Positions 24,576-38,869 of a stretch of DNA of 64,000 bases are shown here, one piece after another. The translations under genes were made by a program, and so were the position numbers. Numbering within the stretch: position 1 is the first letter of the stretch; every line of letters starts with the position of its first letter. The stretch is from Eledone cirrhosa (lineage: Eukaryota), in NCBI GenBank assembly GCA_964016885.1, contig OZ024748.1, positions 39,742,001-39,806,000 of the forward strand. The letters are read 5' to 3'. The notes below the pieces were generated by a model. That model saw only the letters and a list, made by a program, of their open reading frames with translations, was not told where the DNA came from and ran no database searches.

Positions 24576-25333
24576 TATATATGGATAATAGGATGAATTT
24601 GGTACAACCAATAAATTATAAAGGCAACAAATATTTTCTTGTTTTAATATTGCAGTTTATACATATCTTAAGAAGCAGTATAAGAAAAGCTTACATTTCA
24701 TTTTCAAACTTAAGTAAAAAATAAAATATATATTTATTTTCAATTTTTAAAATGCGAGCAAAAACATAAAATCGATTTGAATATTCATCACACACACATA
24801 TATATACATGTATATTATTTCGAAAAAAAAGGGGGTGGGGTAAAGTTTTATACAAAAAAATGATGACCAGTTCGAATATTTGAGAGAAAACTCAAGTATA
24901 TTCGAACTGCTCAGATATTAAAAAAATTTCTTTTATTAATATTCAATATTTAACATCTAATATTTGATAAAATTGTTTTACCAATCGAAACCAGTTATAT
25001 TTAATGCAACAATTATAAAATTATTCATTCTGTCAGATTAAAGAAAAAATAATCTTTTAATATTCCCTGGACTTTGGCAATTTCAACCCCCTACCAACAG
25101 TTCTGCTGGTTCACTCTGGGTCACAGCGTCTGAGACAAGTCAGAGCGTAGAGTCCAAATAATTATTTTAAATTATTCTATGAAAAATAAAAATTAATTAC
25201 ACGTATCTAAATATCACAATTTGTTTTGTTGGATGATCTACCAACTTTGCCATCAACCAGTCATTTCTATCAAATAATTTCCAATAATATTTGTGAATAT
25301 GAAAAGGTAAAGAAAGATCGATATATGTGCGTG

Positions 25334-26258
25334 TATATATAACGTCTGAATAGCTCAGGCTGTCATACCTGATAGTCCTCAGTGAAATGTGTATAACGTC
25401 TGAAGAGCTCAGGCTGTCATAACTGATAGTCCTCAGTGAAATGTGTATAACGTCTTAAGAGCTCAGGCTGTCATACCTGATAGTCCTCAGTGAAATGTGT
25501 ATAACGTCTGAAGAGCTCAGGCTGTCATACCTGATAGTCCTCAGTGAAATATGTATAACGTCTGAAGAGCTCAGGCTGTCATAACTGATAGTCCTCAGTG
25601 AAATATGTATAACGTCTGAAGAGCTCAGGCTGTCATACCTGATAGTCCTCGGTGAAATATGTATAACGCCTGAAGAGCTCAGGCTGTCATAACTGGTAGT
25701 CCTCAGTGAAATATGTATAACGTCTAAAGAGCTCAGGCTGTCATACCTGATAGTCCTCAGTGAAATATGTATAACGTCTGAAGAGCTCAGGCTGTCATAC
25801 CTGATAGTCCTCAGTGAAATATGTATAACGTCTGAAGAGCTCAGGCTGTCATACCTGATAGTCCTCAGTGAAATATGTATAACGTCTGAAGAGCTCAGGC
25901 TGTCATAACTGATAGTCCTCGGTGAAATGTGTATAACGTCTGAAGAGCTCAGGCTGTCATACCTGATAGTCCTCAGTGAAATATGTATAACGTCTGAAGA
26001 GCTCAGGCTGCCATAACTGATAGTCCTCGGTGAAATGTGTATAACGTCTGAAGAGCTCAGGCTGTCATAACTGATAGTCCTCAGTGAAATATGTATAACG
26101 TCTGAAGAGCTCAGGCTGTCATAACTGATAGTCCTCAGTGAAATATGTATAACGTCTGAAGAGCTCAGGCTGTCATAACTGATAGTCCTCAGTGAAATAT
26201 GTATAACGTCTGAAGAGCTCAGGCTGTCATAACTGATAGTCCTCGGTGAAATGTGTAT
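25334..26258. repeat. 54-bp satellite, about 17 copies
   Basis: tataacgtctgaagagctcaggctgtcatacctgatagtcctcagtgaaatatg repeated. Confidence 0.95.
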
Positions 26259-26476
26259 AGCAGAGTTTTAAATAAATCTGAATCGACTGGTAATGGCCTC
26301 CAACCTTTTAATAGTGTGTGTATACATATGAGATTGTTTAGCCTTATATACCTTTCCACAATAATATATATATATATATATATAAGTAAAAGTGGTATTT
26401 AATTTGTTGGAAGTCCGACAAACATAGATGTTTATAACTGATTTAGAGCACTCAACAAATTACTGGAGTAAATATT

Positions 26477-27331
26477 CAATGATATTAAATAAATGGAAAC
26501 TATATTTATAAAAGTATATTTATAAACTATAGTTTTATAAATATAGTTTTTTAAATATAGTTTTATAAATATAGTTTATAAATATAGTTTTATAAACTAT
26601 ATTTATAAAACTATATTTATAAAACTATATTTATAAAACTATATTTATAAAACTATTTTATAAGACTATTTTATAAAACTATTTTATAAAACTATATTTA
26701 TAAAACTATATTTATAAAACTATATTTATAAAACTATATTTATAAAACTATATTTATAAAACTATTTTATAAAACTATTTTATAAAATTATATTTATAAA
26801 ACTATATTTATAAAACTATATTTATAAAACTATATTTATAAAACTATATTTATAAAACTATATTTATAAAACTATTTTATAAAACTATTTTATAAAACTA
26901 TATTTATAAAACTATATTTATAAAACTATATTTATAAAACTATATTTATAAAACTATTTTATAAAACCATATTTATAAAACTATATTTATAAAATTATAT
27001 TTATAAAACCATATTTATAAAATTATATTTATAAAACTATTTTATAAAACTATATTTATAAAACTATATTTATAAAACTATATTTATAAAACTATATTTA
27101 TAAAACCATATTTATAAAACTATATTTATAAAACTATATTTATAAAATTCCCTATCCAGTGAATTTCCAACCGATAAGGTATGCTTTTCGTGGGTATGTC
27201 TCTATTTATAAAACAAACTTTGTATTTTATCTGATGAAAGCATACCAATGTAGTCTTGGTTACCCTTGAAATATATATAATAAAATAAATATGGTTTTAT
27301 AAATATAGTTTCCATTTATTTAATATCATTG
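26477..27331. repeat. 14-bp AT-rich tandem array inside ~35-bp terminal inverted repeats
   Basis: (aaaactatatttat)n. caatgatattaaataaatggaaactatatttataaaa at 26477 has its reverse complement ending at 27331. Confidence 0.8.
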
Positions 27332-27339
27332 TATATATA

Positions 27340-29121
27340 TATTCATTAGTTAAGCAAAACAAGACAACAAATTTCACAAGGAAGACATTATTAAAAGATT
27401 GTCAACATATTTTAATTTGATGTAAGGAATGTAGAGAATAATAATAATTTCTACTTTAGGCACAAAGCCAGCTATTACCCGGTACATTACTGGTACTTTA
27501 TTTTATCGACCCCGTAAGGATGAAAGGCAAAGTTAACCTCGGCGGGATTTGAACTCAAACCGTAAAGGGACGTAACTATGCTAGAAAGCATGGCGTTCAA
27601 CACTCTGCCAATCCACCGCCCTTTTATATAATAATATTAATAATAATAATGTCCGTTTACAATTGTTTCGCTACTCCATATAATATTTCTGGATCAAATG
27701 ATTATATATCATTATTGATCTGGTTCAGTTGAAAATAATTACTATAGGTAAAGATAGAGCAGCTCATCGGAACTTCAAAAGGAATATAAATTAAAATAAG
27801 GAAAGAATGTTACATAAATGTAATGTTCCATATATTGGTATTTCACTATGGTGACCTGGGTATATCAATTGTCTGCCATAGTCGAGCAGTATTCTTCTGT
27901 CGAGGCTGCATTGTGTGAGATCTGCCTATGGGTAACAAGATGGCCGCCAATGTACATATTTACCTTACTAATTAGAGGGTGGTTTCAGGGGAAGTAACTC
28001 CTCGAGAGATTAGAAATTGTGGGTAGTTTATAGTTAAGTGCTAATTTTTTTTATTTTGAGACAATGTAAGGGAGGTAACTTATAATTATTTAAGTTAGTT
28101 ATAGCTATTTAACTTATTAGCTACAAGTAAAAATGGGGCTAGATGACTATGTTGGCGAAGGAATTAGCCCTTCGATGTTGACAGCTAATAGTTACCTTCG
28201 TTCTATCATTAATCAGTAGAGGTTGTGATAGAGTTATGTAATATGCTTCGGTAAGACAGAGGTCACAAGATTTTCTTCGTCCATTGAACGGTTGGGCCCT
28301 GAGTGTTAGTGAGTGTTCAATGTTGGTTAATTTAAGGTTTTTAATGAGCCTAGCTAGAGATGTCGAACATCTGTTGTTAGGGTCTCAGAAGGAAAAAGAG
28401 TGCGCGTTATAGCGTACCTTAAAAGGGTTAGAGGTAGACCCAATATAGGAGCTGGTATGCGAAGCAGTTTTAACTGTGCACCTATAGACTATGTTGGGTG
28501 TCAGGCAATGTCCATTTAGTGGGCATGCATTAGGGTAACGGCAGTTGCAGTTACTTCTGCGGTTAGTGAGAGTAGGGTTGTTTAACCTAAGCGGTTGGTC
28601 AGTGCTAGAAGGATTAGATGGGGGACGTGTGCTACTAGAGTAAGTATTGGTGTAGTGGCGTGGTGTATCCGATGGGGGGTGGTGGTACCGCGGTGTGGGA
28701 GTTATACTGTCTTAGTTTATGATGGTTACTGAATGTGATGTGGCAAGCTAAGTTAGGTATTGTGGAGAATGAGATTTTAATGTTATTTTTATTAAAGAAT
28801 TTGTAATATCTATGGTGGGGGAGGGGTTTAGATAGGATAGACAAGAAGCATTTAGGGATATTAGTGGCTAGATTAGATGAGAATGGGGGGTTAAGCTAGG
28901 TGATATTTCTAGGCATATTCCTTCTAGGGGTTCTAGTGGAGTTGGAACATTACATTTATGTAACATTCTTTCCTTATTTTAATTTATATTCCTTTTGAAG
29001 TTCCGATGAGCTGCTCTATCTTTACCTATGTTAATTATTTTCAACTGAACCAGATCAATAATGATATATAATCATTTGATCCAGAAATATTATATGGAGT
29101 AGAGAAACAATTGTAAACGGA

Positions 29122-29156
<35 letters not shown>

Positions 29157-29256
29157 GTCTCTACATTCCTTACATCAAACTAAAATATGTTGACAATCTT
29201 TTAATAATGTCTTCCTTGTGAAATTTGTGGTCTTGTTTCGCTTAACTAATGAATAT
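27340..29256 (-). mobile_element. 5'-truncated Penelope-like element with an inverted terminal repeat; SINE inserted in the left repeat
   Basis: Minus strand: HRYYKFFNKNNIKISFS, CNCRYPNACPLNGHCLTPNIVYRC..YIGSTS..FKVRY (GIY-YIG). 27340-27830 and 28943-29256 are inverted copies. Confidence 0.85.
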
Positions 29257-29410
29257 GTCCAGCTCTGTGCACCTAACCTCTGCATGAACCCAGCCACCTA
29301 GCTGCTTTCTACTGCATATTGCACATTGAGCACATGCCTTTACGCTTTGGCTTCTAACTAATTCACCAATCTCTCCTTTATCTCTCTCTTTAAGATTGGT
29401 TACTCTTGAA

Positions 29411-29452
<42 letters not shown>

Positions 29453-30258
29453 TCGTTCACAGAATACATAAAAAAAATGTTTAATATTTCATATTTATTA
29501 AGATTGTTATACTAATCGAAACTGATTATAATAAATGTAACAATTATAAAATTATTCCTTCCGTCGGATTAAAGAAAAAAGTATTCGGCGGCGTCGTCGT
29601 CATCATCGTCATCGTCATCTATATATATAATAGAAAAAATGAGGAAGTTTCATTTACATATGAAAATATATATAAATAGGGATAGAGAGAGGTATGTAGA
29701 TAGATAGAGAAACACATTATATATATGTATATATATATATATATACTAAGACAAAATACAGGTCTGTACCAGCAAGACATGGTCTCCTGACCCAATTTAT
29801 CTCATAACGCAACAAGCCATCTAACATCCAACACATGCATGTGTGGAAAATGGACCTTAAATGATGATGATTGTAATGATGACACATACAGACACACAAT
29901 TTAACATCTGTCTTATGAAAACATGTTAAAGGGTTAGTATGCAATCACTTTGATGTCTTTGAAATGCACAAAATAGGATTATATAATTTTGTTATTAAAA
30001 TAATATGTTATTTCTCTGAGGAACTGGAATCATATGATTCCAGTTCCTCTAAGAGATATAACAACCCAACCAGGAACTGGGCATATCGGAGTATTGACAG
30101 AGTTAAACACCTCAACAACATGTGTACCCGTCTCTACCACACCAATTCGGACTGCCTGAAGAGGTCACAGCCAAAGATGGCTGTCACCAAAATATATATA
30201 GCAGTACACCGTTAATAAACGAAGCCAAATTTTAAATATTTGACTAATTTATTTTGTT

Positions 30259-30289
<31 letters not shown>

Positions 30290-30989
30290 TACAAAGAGAG
30301 ACGGTTTTATGTATACATCCTCTGTTTATTATATAATCCTGTTTTGTGCATTTCAAAGACATCAAAGTCATTGCATAATAACCCTTTAACATATATATAT
30401 ATAGATATATATATATAGATATATATATATATATATATATAATGAACCAGTTGTCCAAGGGAGTTAATTTATTTCAGGTAAGATATCATAGTTAATTTGG
30501 ACCTAGCCGTTACTATCAAACATGTGATCAAAATCATATTCATAGTTGGGAGAAAAGTCTTCTAAATTCAGATCCGCAATGCTGAAAAGTATGGAAGAAA
30601 AACACAGAAAAAAGACAAATCAATGTTTATGAAGGAACAAGAAAATAAGAGAGGCAAGTTAAAACAATTATATTTCAAAGACTCAATGTATAGTCATGAC
30701 ACAAGTATTATAACGAGGAATTGGTAGACACATTTACTCTTAACGCCTGTTTTACATGAAACCACATTAGTAGGACACTCTTGAAAAGTTCAAAACAAGA
30801 CTATGACTGCATCATATTAAGTATTCAAGTCTTTAGTTTACAGCAAATTTTCACAACAGTGTGTCCAATTGTAAAGACACTATAAACATTAGAATAAACA
30901 AACCAGTTTTTAGATATTTTCTATTGAAGAATTGCAAGATGTTAAGAGTTCAATGTCAGCTTAATTCATTACCATATTTCTCACAAAAG

Positions 30990-31481
30990 ATACTGTATGT
31001 CATTAATCCTTTCATTACCTTATTTCTAATGAAAGACAAAGTCTATGTCATTAACCCTTTCATTACCATATTTCTAATGAAAGACACTGTCTATGTCATT
31101 AACCCTTTCATTACCATATTTCTAATGAAAGACACAGTCTATGTCATTAACCCTTTCATTACCATATTTCTAATAAAAGACACTGTTTATGTCATTACCA
31201 TATTTCTAATGAAAGACACTGTCTACGTCATTAACCCTGTCATTACCATATTTCTAATGAAAGACACTGCCGATGTCATTAACCCTTTCATTACCATATT
31301 TCTGACACTGTGTATTTCATTAACCCTTTCATTACCATATTTCTAATGAAAGACACTGTCTATGTCATTAACCCTTTCAATACCATATTTCTAATGAAAG
31401 ACACTGACTATGTCATTAACCCTTTCATTACCATATTTCTAATGAAAGACACTGTCTATGTCATTAACCCTTTCATTACCA
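30990..31481. repeat. 48-bp minisatellite, about 10 copies
   Basis: tatgtcattaaccctttcattaccatatttctaatgaaagacactgtc repeated. Confidence 0.9.
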
Positions 31482-31609
31482 AATATGCCAATAATAATAA
31501 TCTATACTATAAAAGAGAAGCTGTTTGTCCCTCTGTCTGTCCGTCACAACATATAGGTAGAAGTGAAATGGGAAGAAGTGGATTGTTGTTGTTAAGAGAG
31601 AGAGAGAGG

Positions 31610-31687
<78 letters not shown>

Positions 31688-31959
31688 CAGAGAGAAAGAG
31701 TATGTGAAATAAAGATAAATAGTTTAAAGTGTAATTCAAGGATTATGATGAGAATAAATTAACATATTTCAATATCTTTCTTTAGGAAATATTTTCTCTC
31801 GCGTTTATTTGCTTAATAATATTCAAAGTGTTATTAAAGTTCAGCAAGAAAGTCAATCTATTATTTGAACAATTTATAAAGGTAAGTACATGATGATTAA
31901 CAAATACTTTTACTGGCAGTGTAGCAACAATATAATAACAGCAATTTTGGAGGAGGGGA

Positions 31960-32082
31960 AAGTTGACTAAATCTACCCCAGTGTGTTACTGGTACTTTAT
32001 TTTATCGACCCTGTAAGGATGAAAGGCAAAGCTAATCTTGGCAGGATTTGAACTCAGAACATAAAGGGCCGTAACTCTATGT
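31960..32082 (-). mobile_element. SINE fragment
   Basis: Same family as 7325. Confidence 0.7.
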
Positions 32083-32102
32083 CGCGAATACTTATATACA
32101 TA

Positions 32103-32135
<33 letters not shown>

Positions 32136-32946
32136 TACGTAGTACTTACTGTGGCATAGGGCTATCTTCACACTCCATTCTATCAGTGTCATTCTGATAA
32201 ATGTTTTCGTCCATTCTAAATTGTGAGATAAAGCATCGAGATTAGATTCAAGTTACTATAGGAAGAATTAAACTGTCTAAAAGTTGCTTCAAATGTATTG
32301 AAACTACCTTGGCCAGAAAATAACGCACAGCATATATAGAAATAATTCTTTTACTGATTCCGGTAACTGCAGCCATGAAATATACTTAATCATATCAACT
32401 CCAGTACTAATCTTTAGTCAACCATAACACAAATCTATACAATTAGAAATATACCCATTTGAAACTTGTCCCAATTTACCTGTCACACCCTGTGTGTGTA
32501 GAGAGAGAGAAATTGCTGTATATGTGTTTACTCATCTCTTAATGAGCAAAGAGAGATCGATAAAATATGTTACTTGACTTAAAACTAAGTACTGGGATCA
32601 ATATGATTGACTTAACATTTCTAGGTTGTGCCCCAGTATGACCAGTTTCATGGCCGAAAGCAAGAATAATGAAATAAGAAATAAAATACATTTTCCTTAC
32701 CCAGGTACGCTATCAATAAGGGTATTTGGTACATAGCCATGCAGCATCATCTGTCCATTGTCTTCTGAAGAATCACAAGAAAAAAAATTAATTAATGAAG
32801 AATTTTGAGTTATTTACTAAAATTATTAATTTTTTCAATACTAAGACAGTAACGTAACCCTTTCATGGCCACATTTCTAATGAAATACACTATTTTAATT
32901 AACTAATGAAGTATTTCAAGTTATTTACTAAAATTATTAATTAGGC

Positions 32947-33282
32947 ACATGGCTTAGTGGTTAGAGCATTGGCTTTGCAATCGAAAGGTTGTGAGTTCAA
33001 TTCTCAGACCGGGTGATGTGTTGTTTCCTTGAGCAAGACACTTTATTTCACATTGCTCCAGTTTAGTCAGCTGTAGAAATGAGATGATAGGACTGTGGTC
33101 CCTATCATTCCACTGTAAAGTGGACGTGGAGGCGACACGGCAAAAAAAAGCACCCAGCACTCACTGTAAATGAGGTTGGTGTTAGGAAGGGCATCCAGCT
33201 GTAGAAATCAAGCCAGAATCAGTTCCTGTCCCACCCTTGCAAGCAGGGAAAAGTGGACGTAAAATGAAATGATGATGATGAT
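32947..33282 (+). mobile_element. Full-length tRNA-derived SINE
   Basis: Near-identical to 24246-24575. Confidence 0.85.
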
Positions 33283-33480
33283 TTCATTACTAAGATAGTA
33301 ACTTAATGTAAGGTTCTTATATAAAATTATGTTGGGAGATTTTAATTTAAATTGGAAACATTAAAAATGGGTTTTATTTTATAGAATCAGCAGCAGTTTT
33401 GGCCGTGACGAGGGTTAGTAACTAAAGGGTGGGAGTTGGTAACTAAAGGGTGGGGGTTGGTAACTAAAGAGAGAGAGAGA

Positions 33481-34775
33481 TTAATAAAAACAATGAATAA
33501 AAACAAAGAAACAGTTCCTTATATTAACAAATTCATCATTTTACGATCGTTTCTAGGATATATATGTGTGTGTTGGTATGTATATCATATAGATCTATGT
33601 AAACATTTTACAAACTATCATAGGAAATATACATACCTACACATATATATGCTGAATATATGAAATAATGATATTTGTTTATTGAAAAACACCAACAAAG
33701 ATTTAATATAAGTCTGTTTGGGAACAGGTTTTTAATTGACCAATAGAAGAGTAGTAAGTGGTCAAGTTGATAGAATAGTAGTAGTAGAAATTTAATTTAG
33801 GGGTAGAGGAATGCAGACTTCAGTTTTGAAGGGAAATAATACTTTGAATGAAAAGATTACTTTGGGGATGAAAAGAGGTCAAGCCGGTGAAAGGTACACG
33901 AAAATTTTATGTTATTAAAGAATAATGCTAATGTTAAAATCGAAGGAGAATAAAATTTTAGGATAAATGTGTTAGTGAGAAATACCAATCTTATTAAAAA
34001 CATAAGGAATTTAGATCTATAAAAAGAAATTAAATTAATTAATAGGTATACTTATAGGGATAAATTTATATTAATTCATATAGATGTGATAAATAAGAGT
34101 TAGATGTTATTAAAGAATGTTGTTAAAAACGAAGGAAAAAAAATTGAGGGTGGGGGGATAAATGTATTAGTGAGAAATAACAAACTTATATAGACTACAA
34201 GGAATTTAGATTCATAACAGGAAATTAAAATAGTTTATATGTATACTTATAGGTATTAATTTTAGGAAAAGATAGCTGTAACAGGGAAATAAAATTATGA
34301 AGTTCTCAGTAGTAAAATACTAATTATAGGTTAACTAAATTTAAAAAAAGCTAATTATAAGAATTTGTAATATAAAAGTGTATATTAATTAGGTTTATAA
34401 TATTTGAAAGTTCTTCTAATTCTATGATTGCACGATATAATTAATTCTTGTCGCTTCTTTAATAGGATATCCTTAGATTTCATTATTTCAAAAAGTTCCT
34501 GGGAACATAATCTACACTCATATCTGTTATTTTGATAAGGGGTGGCCCTTCTGAGCACACTCCAGGTCAGGTTATAATCGATATACTTTTTTCTATAATT
34601 ATTAATTATTTCAGCCAAGGATGTTATATTAGCTAATGCGGCATTTTTAAAACTGTGTTTGTGGGTATTAAATCTTACTTTAAATTGGTTAGTAGTAGCT
34701 CCTATAAGTTGAGTCCTTAGTGCTAATTTTACATTTATATACTATGCTATTAATAAGGCAATTTCCTTTTAATGG
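33481..34775 (-). mobile_element. Penelope-like 3' fragment (GIY-YIG C-terminus plus 3' repeat); inverted copy of the repeat at 37981-38624
   Basis: WSVLRRATPYQ..CRLC..E..LLKKRQELI.SCNHR and upstream CPLKGNCL..IVYKC..IGATT..FKVRF. ~640-bp inverted repeat. Confidence 0.8.
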
Positions 34776-34779
34776 GCAA

Positions 34780-37700
34780 TTTGCATTGTTTCTCAAGGAT
34801 CAATTTCCCCCTCGTCCTTCTGCATATGAAAGTCTGCTGTCCAGGTTGGTGGTTTGCGACTTCTTTGCGATCTCCGCAGTGTTGGGGTGGCACTTTGGGT
34901 TTCCTCTTCCTCGGAGTCCGTTGACACAGTGATTCTACGGACATCCAGGACATGACGTGGTACTCCGTCCAAGGACACATTGTTCTGGGAATTTACGGCC
35001 GTCACCGTTCCCCTTCCCCATTGAGATGTGCAACGTGCATATGGGGGCTTAACCCAGACTTCATCGCCCACCTGCACGAATGCACTCTCTCTCCCCACTG
35101 GCCGTTGTGATGGCGTGCACGGGTGCCGCCACTCGTATCTGAATACTGCTCTGTGTGGCACCGATTCCTCGACCTGTCTCACCCGAGGGGACATGTTGTA
35201 CCAGAACACTGCCTCCATTGGTGAGATATGGCCCCGCTCCGCCATTGCCTTGATCGTCCGGTGGTGTCGCTCTACAATTCCATTCCCGCTCGGCCTGTGC
35301 GCTGCTCTGAAGAAACGGTCCACCTTCCATCCATCGAGCATCACCCTCAGCGCCTCCGAGCGCAACGCTGCGCTGTTGTCCATCAGCAGTTCGTCCACAG
35401 GGCCCCGCTCCAAGAACACCTCTCTCAACGTCCGCATGATTTCCTCGGCCGTTCCAGTCTTCATCTCCCTCCTTATCGCCATCCGTCCTGATCCACAGTC
35501 GACCATCGAGAGGTACGTTCCCTGTCGGTAGTGCGTTACATCCACCGCCAATCGCTTCCAGTCGCGATCCACCGGGAGGCTTCCCGTTTCATGCACACCC
35601 GGGGCGGGATCAATGGACTGACATCGGACGCACCCTCTAACCACCCTTTGAACACTGTGTCTGTTAACGTCCGAGTCGATTCTCCTGGCTAGGAACAGGC
35701 TCCTATCCACTCCCATGTGGTGCATGTCATTCAACCCTTTCAGATCCGACTCGGTCAGCCGACACACGGCAGCTATCTCATCATCTACCTCCTCCGGTGC
35801 TTCCATCCAGGTTTTATTCACCCTAGTTAAGACGTCCGCCCTATTTTTCTCTGAGAGCACGAAAACTACACTCAGCTTCGGGTCGAACTCGGTGGCCAGC
35901 TCTCCTAAAGTTCCCAGGCGGCGCTTTATCAGCATCTCCGCCGCCCCTCTCGTTCGCACTCTCTTCTCACTGGTGAGCACTGATCTCACCCATCCGAGTA
36001 CAGTAGCCGAGTCGGTGCGTATCTCGATGGATGCGCATTCCCCACCTCAGGGCGAGGTTCACCCCTCTCAACACTGCGTCCAGTTCGGCTACATTGATGT
36101 GGTTGCAGTCGTCCTTCTTCCTAAGCCAGGCTGCATCCTCGACCTCAACACCTCCTATCTTCAACGTGACACCCAGCGCTATGCTGCTGGCATCGCACCA
36201 TACGGTCCCGCTCTGTGATTTGGGAACATACCACCCTCCCCACGAACTCCTGCATCGTGGCCATCTCTTGACATAGCTGCATGCCGTCCGGAGCCACCCA
36301 GCAATCGGGTAGTCACCCACCAACTTTCCACACACCGAGAAAAGCTCCCGCCTACTCATACTTGGGCCCAGTTCTGGAACTTCATTTCCCCTCTGGAATA
36401 CCAAGACGCCCGTCCTGTCTCGCCGTAGCCTAAGTCCCAGTACGGCTCCTCCCTCCAACGCTTCTGACGGTTTCGCAGCCAGTCCATACCCCTGTAAATG
36501 GCTCCTGACCTCCGCCGCCGACACCACAAACTCGTCCACTAGGATGTCGTCATGTAGGAGTTAGTGGCCCTCTTCATCTTGTCGGCCTTTCCCAGAATGG
36601 CCTTGAGGACCACCGCCATGATCTTCGGTGCGGAGCTCAGCCCGAAACCGAGCCTGGTCAGGCAATGTGTCCGGCCCTTATACCTGACCAGCTGATACTG
36701 CCAGAGCTTCTCATCTATATGCAATTGCAAGTATGCCGACTTTAGATCTACGATTGCGTCTCCACTCACGCAGGGTTTCCCCCACAGACATCCGTGACCT
36801 CGCCACTCGTGTGGCATGACACGTGCTCGTTCAGTTCCCGAAGGTCCAGCACCGGCCTCACCTTGTTCTTCGTGGGTTGCGCCACCGCCATTAACGGCAA
36901 TACTCTGCACTTCACCTCCTCTTTCCAGGGAAGCAGTATGCCCTCCTCAATCCATCTCTCTACCTCTCGCTCGAACTCGCCCCTAATGTTTCCCTTCAAT
37001 GTGTGTTGATAGCAGCCCACTTTGGTCTTCAGTGTTGGTGGTTCTCTCTTCCAGTACCACTCAACAACCCATCGCTGCCTATCGAACACGGCCTTGAAGT
37101 CTTTGTCCTGCACAGTGTAAGCGGGGTATTTCTCCTCGTGGGCCTTCTGGTTCTCCTGTCGCGTACTCACAGCGCATACCGATGCAGCGGCGCCAAACGA
37201 CACACCGACGTTGTTCACTGTGACAACTCCTAGACGGCGAATTGCGCCATGCCCATAACCACGCCGATCCCATCCACCACGCTGTCTACTACGATGGCAG
37301 AAAGCCTTATTTTCCTTCCCCGTACCGCTATTTCCATCTCGCTGCGATCTCGGCATTCAATTTTCGTGCCATCGACTGCCCTTATGCTGCTCTTCCCTCT
37401 TCACCTCTGCGCCACCCCCGCGATCACCAGTGTCGTCGTACAACCCGTGTCCACGAGGGCTCGCTGTGGCTTTCCCCTCACGAAGACACCCACCACGGAG
37501 AGCGCCTCTACTCGTAACGGGCAACTACCGGCGCAGTAGTTCCTCTTGGATCGTTTCCCTGGTCGCAGTTAGTAGCGATGTGGACTGGTCGCTTACACCG
37601 GTAGCATATTATTTCCGGCCTTGACTCTCTGCAGTCTCTAGCCATGTGCGGGCCCTGGCACCGAAAACAGCGACCTCTAAACGTTCGCGGGCGACCGCGT

Positions 37701-37972
37701 GCCGTGGTTGCCTACCTTTCACCATTTCGCTGCCAGCTGTCTTGAGCCTCTGTAGTTGCTATCGCCGCGACACTCTTCTTGGCATCTTCTGCTATGATCC
37801 GGGCTATTTCCACCAGTGAACGCATTTCCATTTCTTTGTAACACCGTTGCTGGTCACCACTAGAGAGAGGCCGATCTGCTGGCACTTCCGGTCGAGCATC
37901 CTTCCGGCCAAGCACCCTTCCGGTCGAGCACTCCCCCGCTTCCGGCCACCGCACGCCACACCATACCCACAT
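34780..37972 (-). mobile_element. Degenerate Ty3/Gypsy-like LTR retrotransposon internal region
   Basis: Integrase (H..H, C..C, AVD, MDN, GNGIVERHHRTIK), RNase H (WCDAS, HINVAELDA, NRADVLTR), RT (RPVLDLR.LN, DLKSAYLQ, LGFGLSSAP), protease ALVDTGC and gag zinc-knuckle remnant, in broken frames. GC-rich island. Confidence 0.9.
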
Positions 37973-38755
37973 CAATTAAATCTTTAATAACATCTAACTC
38001 TTATTTATCACATCTATATGAATTGATATAAATGTATCCCTATAAGTATACCTATCAATTAAATTAATTTAATTTCTTTTTATAGATCTAAATTCCTTAT
38101 GTTTTTAATAAGATTGGTATTTTTCACTAACATATTTATCCTAAAATTTTATTCTCCTTCGATTTTAACATTAGCATTATTCTTTAATAACATACAATTT
38201 TCGTGTACCTTTCACCGGCTTGACCTCTTTTCATCCCCAAAGTAATCTTTTCCTTCAAAGTATTATTTCCATTCAAAACTGAAGTCTGCATTCCTCTACT
38301 CCTAAATTAAATTTCTACTACTACTATTCTATCAACTTGACCACTTACTACTCTTCTATTGGTCAATTAAAAACCTGTTCCCAAACAGACTTATTATATT
38401 AAATCTTTGTTGGTGTTTTTCAATAAACAAATATCATTATTTCATATATTCAGCATATATATGTGTAGGTATGTATATTCCCTCTGATAGTTTGTAAAAT
38501 GTTTACATAGATCTATATGATATACATACCAACACACACATATATATCCTAGAAACGATCGTAAAATGATGAATTTGTTAATATAAGGAACTGTTTCTTT
38601 GTTTTTATTCATTGTTTTTATTAATTTATCTTGACTCTGTTTTCCTGTGATTTTCATTGAAAACATTTTTGAATACATCTTTTCTTTTCATGATATTTTG
38701 ATTACATTGAGTTCTTCATACGGATTGGACACTACCGTATATTTTGGTAGATTTA

Positions 38756-38827
<72 letters not shown>

Positions 38828-38869
38828 TAAGTAAGTTTTGAAACAGTGAGCGAGTTTGAAATTAGAAAT

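Noticed and set aside
25334-26258. CRISPR-like arrays (also 43068-47845 and 48191-50893)
   Set aside because: No unique spacers and no cas genes; plain tandem repeats in eukaryotic DNA.
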